A stretch of 35,478 nt of DNA from Chrysiogenales bacterium (GTDB taxonomy: Bacteria > Acidobacteriota > Aminicenantia > UBA2199): assembly GCA_004525465.1 (NCBI GenBank), contig SPCN01000001.1, positions 1 through 35,478 on the forward strand, read 5' to 3'. Position 1 is the first letter of the stretch. Each line of letters opens with the position of its first letter. The notes beneath the pieces were generated by a model. The model ran no database searches. It saw only the letters and a list, made by a program, of their open reading frames with translations, and had not been told where the DNA came from. The position numbers and the translations under genes are program-made. Shown here one piece after another: positions 22,710-32,409 of the stretch.

Positions 22710-23829
22710 AATCCTGGCAATTTCAAAAAAGGAAGCGCGCCAGCTCAGGCGGGATACAAGGATGCTGTTCATAGTGTTTTTCTTCCCGGTTGTGCTTCTG
22801 GCGATTTTCGGCTATGCGATCAACTTCGACGTGCATCATATAAAAATCGCGGTGTATGATCAGGACAGGTCGGAATACACCAAGGATTTTATAGGCGGAT
22901 TGATCAGTTCGGAGTATTTCGACCTTGTCACTTACATTGATAATGATGATCAGATAAAAAGATTATTGGACCAAAAAATTGCCCAGGTTGTGGTTGTTTT
23001 TCCCAAGGACATGTCCAGAAAATTATTGTCCAAGCAGGAAGTAAAAGTTCAGTTTTTAATTGATGGCGTGGATGGAACTTCGGCAAACGTTATTAGTCAC
23101 TATGTTAATGCCGCCACCTACAGCTATTCGCTGCAGTTCACTAAGGAGTATTTGCTGGCAGCCGGTAAAAAAATGGTTGTGCCAATCGATTTGCAGCCGC
23201 GCTTTTGGTTTAATCCTGATTTGCAGTCAATACGTTTTCTTATTCCCGGTCTGATGGCAATGATATTGATTATTACTGCGGTTATTTCAATCTCGCTCTC
23301 CATTGTGCGAGAAAAGGAACGGGGCACGATTGAACAGATCAATGTTTCGCCGTTATCTTCAATTGAATTTATTATCGGCAAAACAATCCCCTACATCGTA
23401 ATATCACTGATCAATGCCGCTATTGTCTTGCTTGCCGGTTACGTTCTCTTTGGCATAGCTATTAAAGGGGATTTGTTTTTACTGCTGCTCGGAACATTCG
23501 TATTTTTGTTTGCCGCCTTGAGCCTGGGCGTATTTATCTCAACAATAGCTGATTCGCAGCAAGTTGCCTTTCAAGCCGCGGTCGTAACGTCATTACTGCC
23601 GTCATTCATTTTATCCGGATTTATTTTCCCGATAGAAAGCATGCCGAGTGCTATTCAGCTGTTGACCAATGTTACTCCGGCAAAATTTTATATCGTTATT
23701 CTCAGGGCAATTCTTTTAAGAGGCGTGGGAATTTCCGCTTTCTGGGAACAATTAATCTATCTCGCAATATTTGGAGTGATTTTCACAATGCTGGCAATTT
23801 TAGTTGATAAAAAATCAAAAAATAAATGA
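22699..23829 (+). CDS. ABC-2 type transporter permease (YbhS/YbhR-like)
   Basis: N-terminal EARQLRRDTRMLF, one TM, a large extracytoplasmic loop, then 5 TMs. It is paralogous to the next gene. 11-nt overlap with the upstream ATPase gene. Confidence 0.85.
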   Translation: MFNRILAISKKEARQLRRDTRMLFIVFFFPVVLLAIFGYAINFDVHHIKIAVYDQDRSEYTKDFIGGLISSEYFDLVTYIDNDDQIKRLLDQKIAQVVVVFPKDMSRKLLSKQEVKVQFLIDGVDGTSANVISHYVNAATYSYSLQFTKEYLLAAGKKMVVPIDLQPRFWFNPDLQSIRFLIPGLMAMILIITAVISISLSIVREKERGTIEQINVSPLSSIEFIIGKTIPYIVISLINAAIVLLAGYVLFGIAIKGDLFLLLLGTFVFLFAALSLGVFISTIADSQQVAFQAAVVTSLLPSFILSGFIFPIESMPSAIQLLTNVTPAKFYIVILRAILLRGVGISAFWEQLIYLAIFGVIFTMLAILVDKKSKNK

Positions 23830-24965
23830 GAGCCATGAAAACGATTTATCAATTCATTATCAAAGAGCTGTTGCAGGTCAGGCGGGATAAAAAAATGCGC
23901 GTAGTGATTTTTATCGCTCCCATCCTGCAGCTGATATTTCTCGGCTACGCCGCCAATATGGATGTTAATGTTATTCATACGACTATTTATGATCAGGATA
24001 AAACTTCAACAAGCCGGGTTTTCAGCAAACGGTTCGAACAATCGGGATATTTTAAAATAGATTACTATGTGAACGATTACGAGGAAGTAACCGATCTTTT
24101 AAATATGGGGAAAACTCTAGTGGCCATTGTGATCCCCAAGGATTTCGAAAAAAAAATAAACAGACGCGAAACGACCCCGCTGCAAACTCTATTTGAAGGA
24201 TCCGACGGTAATAAGGCATCAATTGCGCTCGGCTACATCCAGGGAATTACGACCGCTTTTTCAAAGAGCATAACCATGGATATAAAGGACAAACTGGGGT
24301 TGAAAATCGCCGTGAGCGGTTCACTGATCCCTGAAGTCCGCGTTTGGTACAATCCGGAAATGAAGACACGCAATTACATGCTGCCGGGAATTTTAGGCCT
24401 GCTCCTGATGATCTCAACGATCTCCTTGATGTCAATGGCGGTTGTAAGAGAACGCGAGATCGGCACGCTTGAGCAATTGATCGTTACGCCGATAAGGAAT
24501 TATCAACTTATACTTGGCAAATTAATTCCTTTTACCCTTATAGGCTTTGCTGTTCTATTAATTGTAATGGTGGTAATGACCCAGTGGTTTGGCATCGTCG
24601 TGCGTGGCAGCATACTGTTTCTTCTTTTCGCCTCATTGCTTTTTGTTCTGTCGAATTTGGGTATCGGTTTATTTATTTCAACAGTATCCAAAACCCAACA
24701 ACAGGCAATGATGGCCTCTGTGTTCGCCGTAATGATGCCCATGATTTATCTTTCCGGTTTTGCTTTCCCGATAGAAAACATGCCGCGGATCGTTCAATAT
24801 GTGACCTATTTAATACCTTTGAAATATTACATTATTATCCTGCGCGGCATTGTGCTGAAGGGAATCGGTTTTTCATCCCTTTGGTTTGAGACTTTAATGC
24901 TTTTTGCCATGGGCGTAACTCTCTTGATATTAAGTTCGTTAAGATTCAGCAAAAAATTGGAATAA
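23826..24965 (+). CDS. ABC-2 type transporter permease (YbhS/YbhR-like)
   Basis: KELLQVRRDKKMRV, then the same topology as the preceding permease. ATGA overlap. Confidence 0.85.
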   Translation: MRAMKTIYQFIIKELLQVRRDKKMRVVIFIAPILQLIFLGYAANMDVNVIHTTIYDQDKTSTSRVFSKRFEQSGYFKIDYYVNDYEEVTDLLNMGKTLVAIVIPKDFEKKINRRETTPLQTLFEGSDGNKASIALGYIQGITTAFSKSITMDIKDKLGLKIAVSGSLIPEVRVWYNPEMKTRNYMLPGILGLLLMISTISLMSMAVVREREIGTLEQLIVTPIRNYQLILGKLIPFTLIGFAVLLIVMVVMTQWFGIVVRGSILFLLFASLLFVLSNLGIGLFISTVSKTQQQAMMASVFAVMMPMIYLSGFAFPIENMPRIVQYVTYLIPLKYYIIILRGIVLKGIGFSSLWFETLMLFAMGVTLLILSSLRFSKKLE

Positions 24966-25114
24966 TAAATAACAATAAAAAAATAAAATGAAGCGGGATA
25001 GATGACATTGCCGGTCTTTTTTTATTTTTAGAGTTTGCTGTTTCTTTGCTGCTCCTGACGAAGTATTCATAGCCGCTTTTACGCTTATATGATTTTTCCT
25101 TGCGACAAATTATC

Positions 25115-25123
25115 TGCTATAAT
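25115..25123 (+). promoter_or_regulatory. Extended -10 promoter element upstream of eno
   Basis: TGCTATAAT (TGn + TATAAT) lies 39 nt upstream of the eno ATG. The -35 is only weak (TTTCCT at 25095-25100). Confidence 0.4.
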
Positions 25124-25143
25124 AGTGGAGAATTTTACAATAA

Positions 25144-26445
<1,302 letters not shown>

Positions 26446-26452
26446 AGCGTAA

Positions 26453-26472
26453 GGGTTTGATTCATCAAACCC
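26453..26472 (+). terminator. Hairpin after eno
   Basis: GGGTTTGA ttca TCAAACCC, a perfect 8-bp stem 8 nt after the stop codon. No clear U-tract. Confidence 0.4.
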
Positions 26473-26491
26473 CTGGCACCCTGGAACGCTA

Positions 26492-27679
26492 TTGATCGTG
26501 AATAACGAATCGCCAAAAATCAGCAGCAATTTCCGGAAAATGTACGCTTTCAAGTTCCTGGGCGAATTTTACCTGATCGCCCCGGTACTGATCCTGTATT
26601 ACACTGCCAACGGCCTGAATTCCACCCAGATCTTCACGATCCAGGCCGCTTTCCATCTGTCGGTCCTGCTGCTCGAAGTACCTTCCGGATACCTGGCCGA
26701 TGTCATCGGCCGCCGGAAAACGCTGATCGTAGCGGGGATTTTCATGCCGCTGGGCCTTGCCGTCTACACCATCGGCCGCAGCTTTCCCGTTTTTGTCCTG
26801 GCCGAACTGACTTTGGCCGTAAGCATCAGCATGCGCTCGGGCTGCGATTCGGCGCTGATCTACGACAGCCTGCGCCAGCTCGGGCGCCAGGGCGAATACA
26901 AGCACATTGAAGGCCGGGCCGTCCTGTTCACGCGCACGGGCACGGCGCTGTCATCGGTGGCCGGCGGCCTGCTGGCAACGGTCTTCCTGCGCCTGCCGTT
27001 CCTGCTCAACGCCTTCTCCACCGTGTTCATGCTGCCGCTGGCCCTGGCCATGGTTGAGCCCGAGCGCGAAAAATGCCCCGGAAAAGATCCCCTTCGCGAT
27101 ATCCTGCGCATCTGCCGCTTCTGCCTGAGCCAGGCCCAACTCCGCCCGCTGGTCCTGTTTTCCGGACTGCTCATGGCCTGCCAGCTTGCCGGGGTGTGGG
27201 CCTACTTTCTCCATTACCGGGAGCTGGGCATCGGGGTGGCGTGGTTCGGCATCCTGTTCGCCGTCTTCCAGCTGGCCGGCGCCTGGGGCGGTTCCCGCTC
27301 CCACCGTTTCTGCGAGCGCTTCGGCACGAAACTGCCGTTGTTCCTGGCTTTGCTCAGTCCGTTTTTCTTCATTGGCCTGGGCCTTTTTCCCAGCCCCTGG
27401 CTGCTGTTCCTGGTCCCGGCCAACGCTTTTTTGTGGAACCTGGCCTACCCGGTGCTGATGGAGCGACTGAACCATGCCGCGGGTTCCGATGTCCGGGCCA
27501 CGGTGCTCTCGGTTGCTGCCATGGCCGGCAGCGTGACCTTCGTGATCATCTCACCGCTGTTCGGGCGCCTGGTCGACGCCTTTTCCCTGTCCGCAGCCTT
27601 TGTTGCCCTGGGCGGATTTTTCCTCCTGGCCGGAGTGCCGCTGCTGGTCTCGATGCTGAGGCACTGGCAGGAGGGGTAG
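26492..27679 (+). CDS. MFS-family transporter
   Basis: About 12 predicted TM segments. An MFS loop 2-3 type motif GYLADVIGRRKTL is present. The start codon is uncertain (TTG 26492, GTG 26498, or the downstream ATG at MYAFKF). Confidence 0.75.
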   Translation: MIVNNESPKISSNFRKMYAFKFLGEFYLIAPVLILYYTANGLNSTQIFTIQAAFHLSVLLLEVPSGYLADVIGRRKTLIVAGIFMPLGLAVYTIGRSFPVFVLAELTLAVSISMRSGCDSALIYDSLRQLGRQGEYKHIEGRAVLFTRTGTALSSVAGGLLATVFLRLPFLLNAFSTVFMLPLALAMVEPEREKCPGKDPLRDILRICRFCLSQAQLRPLVLFSGLLMACQLAGVWAYFLHYRELGIGVAWFGILFAVFQLAGAWGGSRSHRFCERFGTKLPLFLALLSPFFFIGLGLFPSPWLLFLVPANAFLWNLAYPVLMERLNHAAGSDVRATVLSVAAMAGSVTFVIISPLFGRLVDAFSLSAAFVALGGFFLLAGVPLLVSMLRHWQEG

Positions 27680-27753
27680 GGGATGAATCTTTTCTTAATT
27701 GAATTATTGCTTTATATTTTGCATACTATGAACAATTCGACAGGGAGGCGTTG

Positions 27754-28464
27754 ATGAAGGATCTGACATACTCAATCGCCAACGAGGTGTTCGCCCGCTT
27801 TCCCGAGTACCGGCGCGGGGTAGTCCTGGCTTATGAGGTAAAAAACGGTGATTCCTCCCCGGAATTGGTCGAGATGCTGCGCCGGGAGGAGGCGCTTGCC
27901 CGTGAGCGGCTGAACGCGGAAACGCTGACCGCGGAACCGCGCCTGGCCTCCTGGCGCGAAGCGTTCCGTCAACTGGGCTACAAGCCCGGCGATAACCGCC
28001 CTTCGATCGAAGCGCTGCTGCGCCGGGTGCTGCGCGGCCAGGAGCTGCCTGCCATCAACGCCCTGGTCGACATCGGCAATATCGTCTCCCTGCGCCATCT
28101 GCTGCCCGTGGGCAGCCACGCCATCGATGTCCTGGCGCAGGATATTGCGTTGCGCCCGGCTTCAGGCGGCGAAGAATTCGTTGCCTTCGGCTCGGAGGCG
28201 ATCGAAAACCCGCTGCCCGGGGAATTCGTTTTTGTCGAGGGAAGCAAGGTCCTGACCCGGCGCTGGATCTGGCGCCAGGCCAATCATACTTTGACCCTGC
28301 CGCAAACGACTGCTGTCGAATTCAATCTTGATGCCCTGCCGCCGCTCGCGGCAGCGGACCTGGAAGCTGCCGCCAAGGATGTGAAGGACCTGGTCGAACG
28401 TTTCTGCGGCGGACAAACGCGTTTTGAAATCCTTTGCCGCTGTCAGCCGTATATGAAACTGTGA
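27754..28464 (+). CDS. B3/B4 tRNA-binding-domain protein (PheT B3/4-like, standalone)
   Basis: ATG at 27754, 5 nt after GGGAGG (the track begins one codon earlier at TTG). WREAFRQLGYKPGDNRPSIEALLRRVLRGQELPAINALVDIGNIVSL is the B3_4 signature region as I remember it. Confidence 0.7.
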   Translation: MKDLTYSIANEVFARFPEYRRGVVLAYEVKNGDSSPELVEMLRREEALARERLNAETLTAEPRLASWREAFRQLGYKPGDNRPSIEALLRRVLRGQELPAINALVDIGNIVSLRHLLPVGSHAIDVLAQDIALRPASGGEEFVAFGSEAIENPLPGEFVFVEGSKVLTRRWIWRQANHTLTLPQTTAVEFNLDALPPLAAADLEAAAKDVKDLVERFCGGQTRFEILCRCQPYMKL

Positions 28465-28523
28465 GGCGACCCATGGCTGGCAATGCGGGAACATCATAAT
28501 TAAGCCGGAAAGGAGGTTATACA

Positions 28524-29039
28524 ATGAGCAGTCCGTCAATCAAGTTATACCGCCTGCGCGGTATCTTTGTTGTCTATTTTGTTTTGAAATCCGTCGTCGG
28601 GGCCGTTGTGGCCACGCTCGTCCTGAAACCGTTTCAAAGCGGTGACTTCGGGCGGTTCGGCTGGCGCGGATTACCCTCCGGCTCTCTGCTGTTTTTCAGC
28701 CTGACGGTCGCGGCCGTGATCCTGATTATTGCCTGGCGCATCTTCGGCCAATTGCTGCTGCGCAAGAACTGGGCGCGGGTGCTGCTGCTGGTCGTAGCCT
28801 GGCTGACGGTCTTGAGTGCTGTTTTCAGCCTGCTGGCCTCGGCGCAGATCGGCAACCTCAGTTCATGGGCTGCCCATTGGCTTCCGGATCTCGATTGGCA
28901 AAAACTGATGAGCTTCGACCGCGTACAGAAGGTTTTCGAACTCCTGTTCTGGGGCTACCTGATCTCGGTCCTGCAATTCGATAGCGTGGTCAGAGATGAG
29001 TTTTTCCCCCATCCGCCCGCCGGCGATGCTGGTAACTAA
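28524..29039 (+). CDS. Small membrane protein, unknown function
   Basis: AAAGGAGG RBS. 3-4 hydrophobic helices. No recognisable motif. Confidence 0.6.
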   Translation: MSSPSIKLYRLRGIFVVYFVLKSVVGAVVATLVLKPFQSGDFGRFGWRGLPSGSLLFFSLTVAAVILIIAWRIFGQLLLRKNWARVLLLVVAWLTVLSAVFSLLASAQIGNLSSWAAHWLPDLDWQKLMSFDRVQKVFELLFWGYLISVLQFDSVVRDEFFPHPPAGDAGN

Positions 29040-29141
29040 GGGATTTGCCGGCTGTTGCGCCTGATGATTTGGGTGGGCGATCGCTTAGCGAGTGAATAAC
29101 TGGCGAGTTAAAAATATTTTTTATCGTAAGGAGGAATTAGC

Positions 29142-29558
29142 ATGAAAAGAAGATGCTTTGTGGAAAAAGCCGGATGCGGATTGGTGGGCATGGCTGTTGG
29201 TGCTCCGCTGCTGGCCGGTTCCGGGCAACAGCAGGCAACGCCGGCAGCAACACCCGAAAAACCGCGGCGCTACAAAATTGAAATTGAAATTGTTGAAGCC
29301 CGTCCTGACAGCTGGTGCCACAAGAAGGGCGACAAGTTCGCTTACCCGGCCGACATGGGCAAGATCTGCCCCTGGCTGCTGGGCAGCATGCATGATTTTA
29401 TCATCCTGCTGCAAAAAGGCGTCACCCTGCCCTGGAAATATAAGAATACTCCCTATGAAAAAGTGATCGATCCCCAGGGCGTGACCACCGAGTTCGTCCG
29501 CTGCCCCGATCCCACTTCCGACCTGGTGGCCAGGATCACCCGCACGTGCCAACCATAG
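29142..29558 (+). CDS. TIGR04076-like small Cys protein with a twin-arginine (Tat) signal peptide
   Basis: AAGGAGG RBS. MKRRCFVEKAGCGLVGMAVGAPLLAGS resembles an RRxFxK Tat signal. The core WCHKKGDKFAYP..GKICPWLLGSMHDFIILLQKG ... FVRCPDP resembles the TIGR04076 pattern (assignment from memory). Confidence 0.6.
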   Translation: MKRRCFVEKAGCGLVGMAVGAPLLAGSGQQQATPAATPEKPRRYKIEIEIVEARPDSWCHKKGDKFAYPADMGKICPWLLGSMHDFIILLQKGVTLPWKYKNTPYEKVIDPQGVTTEFVRCPDPTSDLVARITRTCQP

Positions 29559-29577
29559 AAATCAGGGTGGGCCGACC

Positions 29578-30447
29578 ATGAAAGCAATCAGGAAAGTCAA
29601 AGAGGTCAGGCCGAGCGTTCCCACCCTGGAAGGGGCCGGCGTCCGGCTGCGTCGTGCTTTCGGTTTCGAAAACGCTCCCGGGCTCGATCCCTTCCTGCTT
29701 CTCGACGATTTTCATTCCGACGATCCCGACGATTACCTCGCCGGCTTCCCCTGGCACCCGCACCGCGGCATCGAGACCATCACCTATGTGCTGAAAGGGA
29801 AGATCGAGCACGGCGACAGCATGGGCAATCGGGGCGTGATCGGAGCGGGCGACGTGCAGTGGATGACCGCCGGCTCGGGCATCATCCACCAGGAGATGCC
29901 CCTGGAAACCGAGGACAGCGTGCTGCAGGGGTTCCAATTGTGGGCCAACCTTCCAGCCGTAGACAAGATGATGACGCCGCGCTACCGCGATGTAAAAAGC
30001 CGGCAGATCCCGGTGATCGACCGGAAGAACGGCGTGAGGATCAGGCTTGTCTGCGGCAGCATCGATGGCGTGGCGGGTCCGGTGCAGGGGATCCAGACAG
30101 GTCCCGAATTCCTTGACGTCGAGGTCCAGGCCGGAGCAGGATTCAGCCAGCCGCTGCCGGCGGGTCATACTGTTTTTGCCTATGTTTTTTCCGGACAGGG
30201 GCATTTCGATCTCCTTAAAAAGACTTTGATCGGTCCGGAAAACCTGGTGATCTTCGGCGACGGTGACGGACTGGAAATAACCGGGGGAGAAAAAGGTGTG
30301 CGCTTCCTGCTCGTTTCCGGCAAGCCGTTGCGCGAGCCGCTGGCCTGGCGCGGCCCCATCGTCATGAATACGGAGTCGGAGCTGCGGGTCGCCTTCAGCG
30401 AATATGCCAACGGAACATTTTTAAAGCACAAGGCCGTGCTGGAATGA
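29578..30447 (+). CDS. Pirin-family bicupin protein
   Basis: FPWHPHRGIETITYVLKGKIEHGDSMGNRGVIGAGDVQWMTAGSGIIHQEMP carries the pirin metal-site motifs. Confidence 0.9.
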   Translation: MKAIRKVKEVRPSVPTLEGAGVRLRRAFGFENAPGLDPFLLLDDFHSDDPDDYLAGFPWHPHRGIETITYVLKGKIEHGDSMGNRGVIGAGDVQWMTAGSGIIHQEMPLETEDSVLQGFQLWANLPAVDKMMTPRYRDVKSRQIPVIDRKNGVRIRLVCGSIDGVAGPVQGIQTGPEFLDVEVQAGAGFSQPLPAGHTVFAYVFSGQGHFDLLKKTLIGPENLVIFGDGDGLEITGGEKGVRFLLVSGKPLREPLAWRGPIVMNTESELRVAFSEYANGTFLKHKAVLE

Positions 30448-30504
30448 TATCACGTTTCCCTGGATGATTCGCTAAGGGAGACCGCGCTTTTTTATGCGGA
30501 GGAA

Positions 30505-30783
30505 ATGGCCATGAAAGAGACACTGCAAACGTTGGTCGGCAAGCAGGTCGTCGTCGACACCCGCTCGCCCTGGATCTACATCGGCCGGCTGGAGTCGGTG
30601 CAGGCTGACAGCCTGCTGCTGCGCGACGTTGACGTCCACGACAGCGGCGAGACCTCTACCCCCAAGGAGCGCTATGTGCTTGATTCCAGCGACTCGGGTA
30701 TTAAGGCCAACCGCCGCTCGGTCTACGTCAACCTGGAATACGTGGTCAGCGTTTCCCTGCTGTCCGAGGTCATTAAGTTCTAG
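30505..30783 (+). CDS. Small Sm-like (LSm-fold) protein, hypothetical
   Basis: LVGKQVVVDTRSPWIYIGRLESVQADSLLLRDVDV fits the Sm1-type pattern G-x-V-x-V...G-x-L...D...L-x-L-x-D. GGAGGAA RBS. Confidence 0.55.
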   Translation: MAMKETLQTLVGKQVVVDTRSPWIYIGRLESVQADSLLLRDVDVHDSGETSTPKERYVLDSSDSGIKANRRSVYVNLEYVVSVSLLSEVIKF

Positions 30784-30787
30784 CGCC

Positions 30788-31081
30788 GTGAAAATCTGGT
30801 ACCTCTATTTGGTTCGCTGCGGCGACGGCAGCATCTATACGGGTGTCTCCACCGATGTGGCCCGGCGTTTGGCCGAGCACCGCAGCGGCCGGGGCAGGGG
30901 CGCGCGTTATTTGCGCGGCCGCGGCCCGCTGCTCATGGTCCGCAAGATCCGTATCGGCGACAAAAGTACCGCATATAAACTGGAATGGCGGGTGAAGCGA
31001 TTTTCCCGCGCCGATAAAGAAGATTTAATAAAAGGAAAAATCAAATTAAATGAATTGCGCAAAAAAGTTGCTCTAAATTGA
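30788..31081 (+). CDS. GIY-YIG nuclease-superfamily protein (UPF0213/YhbQ-like)
   Basis: GTG at 30788, 5 nt after the upstream stop. WYLYLVRCGDGSIYTGVSTDVARRLAEHRSG is the GIY-YIG core. The track ORF start at 30629 overlaps the upstream gene out of frame and is rejected. Confidence 0.75.
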   Translation: MKIWYLYLVRCGDGSIYTGVSTDVARRLAEHRSGRGRGARYLRGRGPLLMVRKIRIGDKSTAYKLEWRVKRFSRADKEDLIKGKIKLNELRKKVALN

Positions 31082-31109
31082 ATGAAAGTTTTCAGGAATT
31101 CCGGGACAC

Positions 31110-31583
31110 TCAGCCGCCGGAGGTCTGCGGGAAAGCGGTGTTGGAATAGAGGTACTCGACCTTTTCCTTGTGTTTCAGCTCCTGGTTGGCCATTTGCAGC
31201 AGCATATCCCTGACTTCACCGCCGGGCTGCGCCTCGGCCAGGCCCTTGTAAAAATTGTATGAATTCCATTCGCGGTGGGCGGCCACCAGGTAAACCTCGC
31301 TGCTGTTCATGTTTTTCTCAAGGTCTGGCTTGTCGGCGTACTGGGCGATATGGTAGTCGATGGGCGCGTCCATGGCCAGGGCGACAAATTTTTTCTCGCC
31401 TTTGAGATAGGCCAGCAGGAATTCCTTGTGGGCGAGCTCCTGGCCGGCCAGGTATTGCAGCGTCTCCCTGGCCAGGGGATCTTCCACCAGGTCGAACAGG
31501 CCGAGGTAGAAGGCCCGGGCCTCTTCTTCGTTTTTCACCGCTTTTTCGATCAGGTTCTTCAAGCTCTGCGCTTCCATGGTCAT
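31110..31583 (-). CDS. Ferritin-like/rubrerythrin-family diiron four-helix-bundle protein (paralog of the C-domain of 6783-7337)
   Basis: NEEEARAFY, GQELAHKE, HREWNSYNFY and NQELKHKE, with the same E/ExxH/E/ExxH spacing as the Dx-fused paralog. Confidence 0.8.
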   Translation of the reverse strand: MTMEAQSLKNLIEKAVKNEEEARAFYLGLFDLVEDPLARETLQYLAGQELAHKEFLLAYLKGEKKFVALAMDAPIDYHIAQYADKPDLEKNMNSSEVYLVAAHREWNSYNFYKGLAEAQPGGEVRDMLLQMANQELKHKEKVEYLYSNTAFPQTSGG

Positions 31584-31656
31584 ACCTCCACTTGTATTTT
31601 TGCATCATAGCAGAAGAATCCGCGGGATTCAAACCGCCGCCGGCTTTGGCCGTGCA

Positions 31657-32409
31657 TCAGAAATTGAGCAGGATCGGCCGCGGCTTGAGCACGTGGCCGA
31701 TCAGGGTCAGGCCGCTGTGGCGCACGATCTCCAGGGCCTTGCCGGTCAGGGTGGTTTGGGAAACCAGGGCCGGCATGCCGGCATGCAGCACCTTCAGGGC
31801 CATTTCCGCCGAAACGCGGCCGGTGATGAAAAGGGCGGTGCGGGCGAAATCAGCGCCGTGGACAAGCCCCCAGCCGATGACCTTGTCCACGCTGTTGCTG
31901 CGGCCGATGTCTTCCCGGCTGACCAGGATGCGCTGCTCCCGCATGTCGACCAGCATGGAGCAGTGGATGCCGCCGTGCTTTTTGAATAGGGGCGTTCGCC
32001 CGGGCAGCTGCTCCATCAGGCGGATCGCCTGCGGCAAGGTGAAATCGTAACACCTGGACACCTTGGGCAGATTGTTGAACAGGTCGGGTTGCACATCGCC
32101 GCCCGAGCAGGCAACCACCTGGACCGGGTGGTAATGCTCCAGGCGCGGCGCGGCCGAGGGCCGCAAACGCACCAGGGCCCGGTCGGCCTGGATGCGCAGA
32201 GCGGCGGCATCGCCCGGGGTCTGCAGCAGGCCCTGGGAGAAAAGCCAGCCCAGGACCAGTTCCTTGCGGTCGACGGGCGAGCAGCTCAGGCGGCTTAAGG
32301 GGCGACCGTCGACCTCGATGGTCAGCAAAACCTCTTCGGGCAGAGGCACCAGCCCCGTTTCCCGGCGCTTTTCAGGAGTCGGATTTTTTTTCGTTCTGCA
32401 GGTAGGCAT
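31657..32409 (-). CDS. fdhD: Formate dehydrogenase accessory sulfurtransferase FdhD
   Basis: REDIGRSNSVDKVIGW (GRHxxxDK-type motif) and FITGRVSAEMALKVLHAGMPALVSQTTLTGKALE ... GLTLIGH. The start at 32409 overlaps mobA by 38 nt and is not certain. Confidence 0.8.
   Translation of the reverse strand: MPTCRTKKNPTPEKRRETGLVPLPEEVLLTIEVDGRPLSRLSCSPVDRKELVLGWLFSQGLLQTPGDAAALRIQADRALVRLRPSAAPRLEHYHPVQVVACSGGDVQPDLFNNLPKVSRCYDFTLPQAIRLMEQLPGRTPLFKKHGGIHCSMLVDMREQRILVSREDIGRSNSVDKVIGWGLVHGADFARTALFITGRVSAEMALKVLHAGMPALVSQTTLTGKALEIVRHSGLTLIGHVLKPRPILLNF

Larger units (their letters stand above)
17830..25100. other. Low-GC genomic island carrying a seven-gene efflux locus (no mobility genes seen)
   Basis: Abrupt composition change between the focA terminator hairpins and the eno promoter. 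AT-rich codon usage (AAA, ATT, AAT, TTA) contrasts with GC3-rich flanking genes. Spot G+C counts are 21-23/60 inside and 42-49/60 outside. Confidence 0.7.

Noticed and set aside
24988-25030. Intrinsic terminator after the last permease gene (…gccggtc followed by a T-run)
   Set aside because: The T-run exists, but I could not find a convincing preceding stem (only 3 complementary bp).
26474-26490. TGGCAC...GC sigma54-like element upstream of the MFS gene
   Set aside because: The GG-to-GC spacing is 11 nt rather than the canonical 10, and the element abuts the start codon, leaving no room for a leader. No enhancer-binding-protein gene is nearby.
29077-29084. GCGATCGC (cyanobacterial HIP1 octamer)
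   Set aside because: I noticed only this one occurrence while reading the window. Gene content (NuoEF-type FDH, desulforedoxin) and GC level do not suggest a cyanobacterium.
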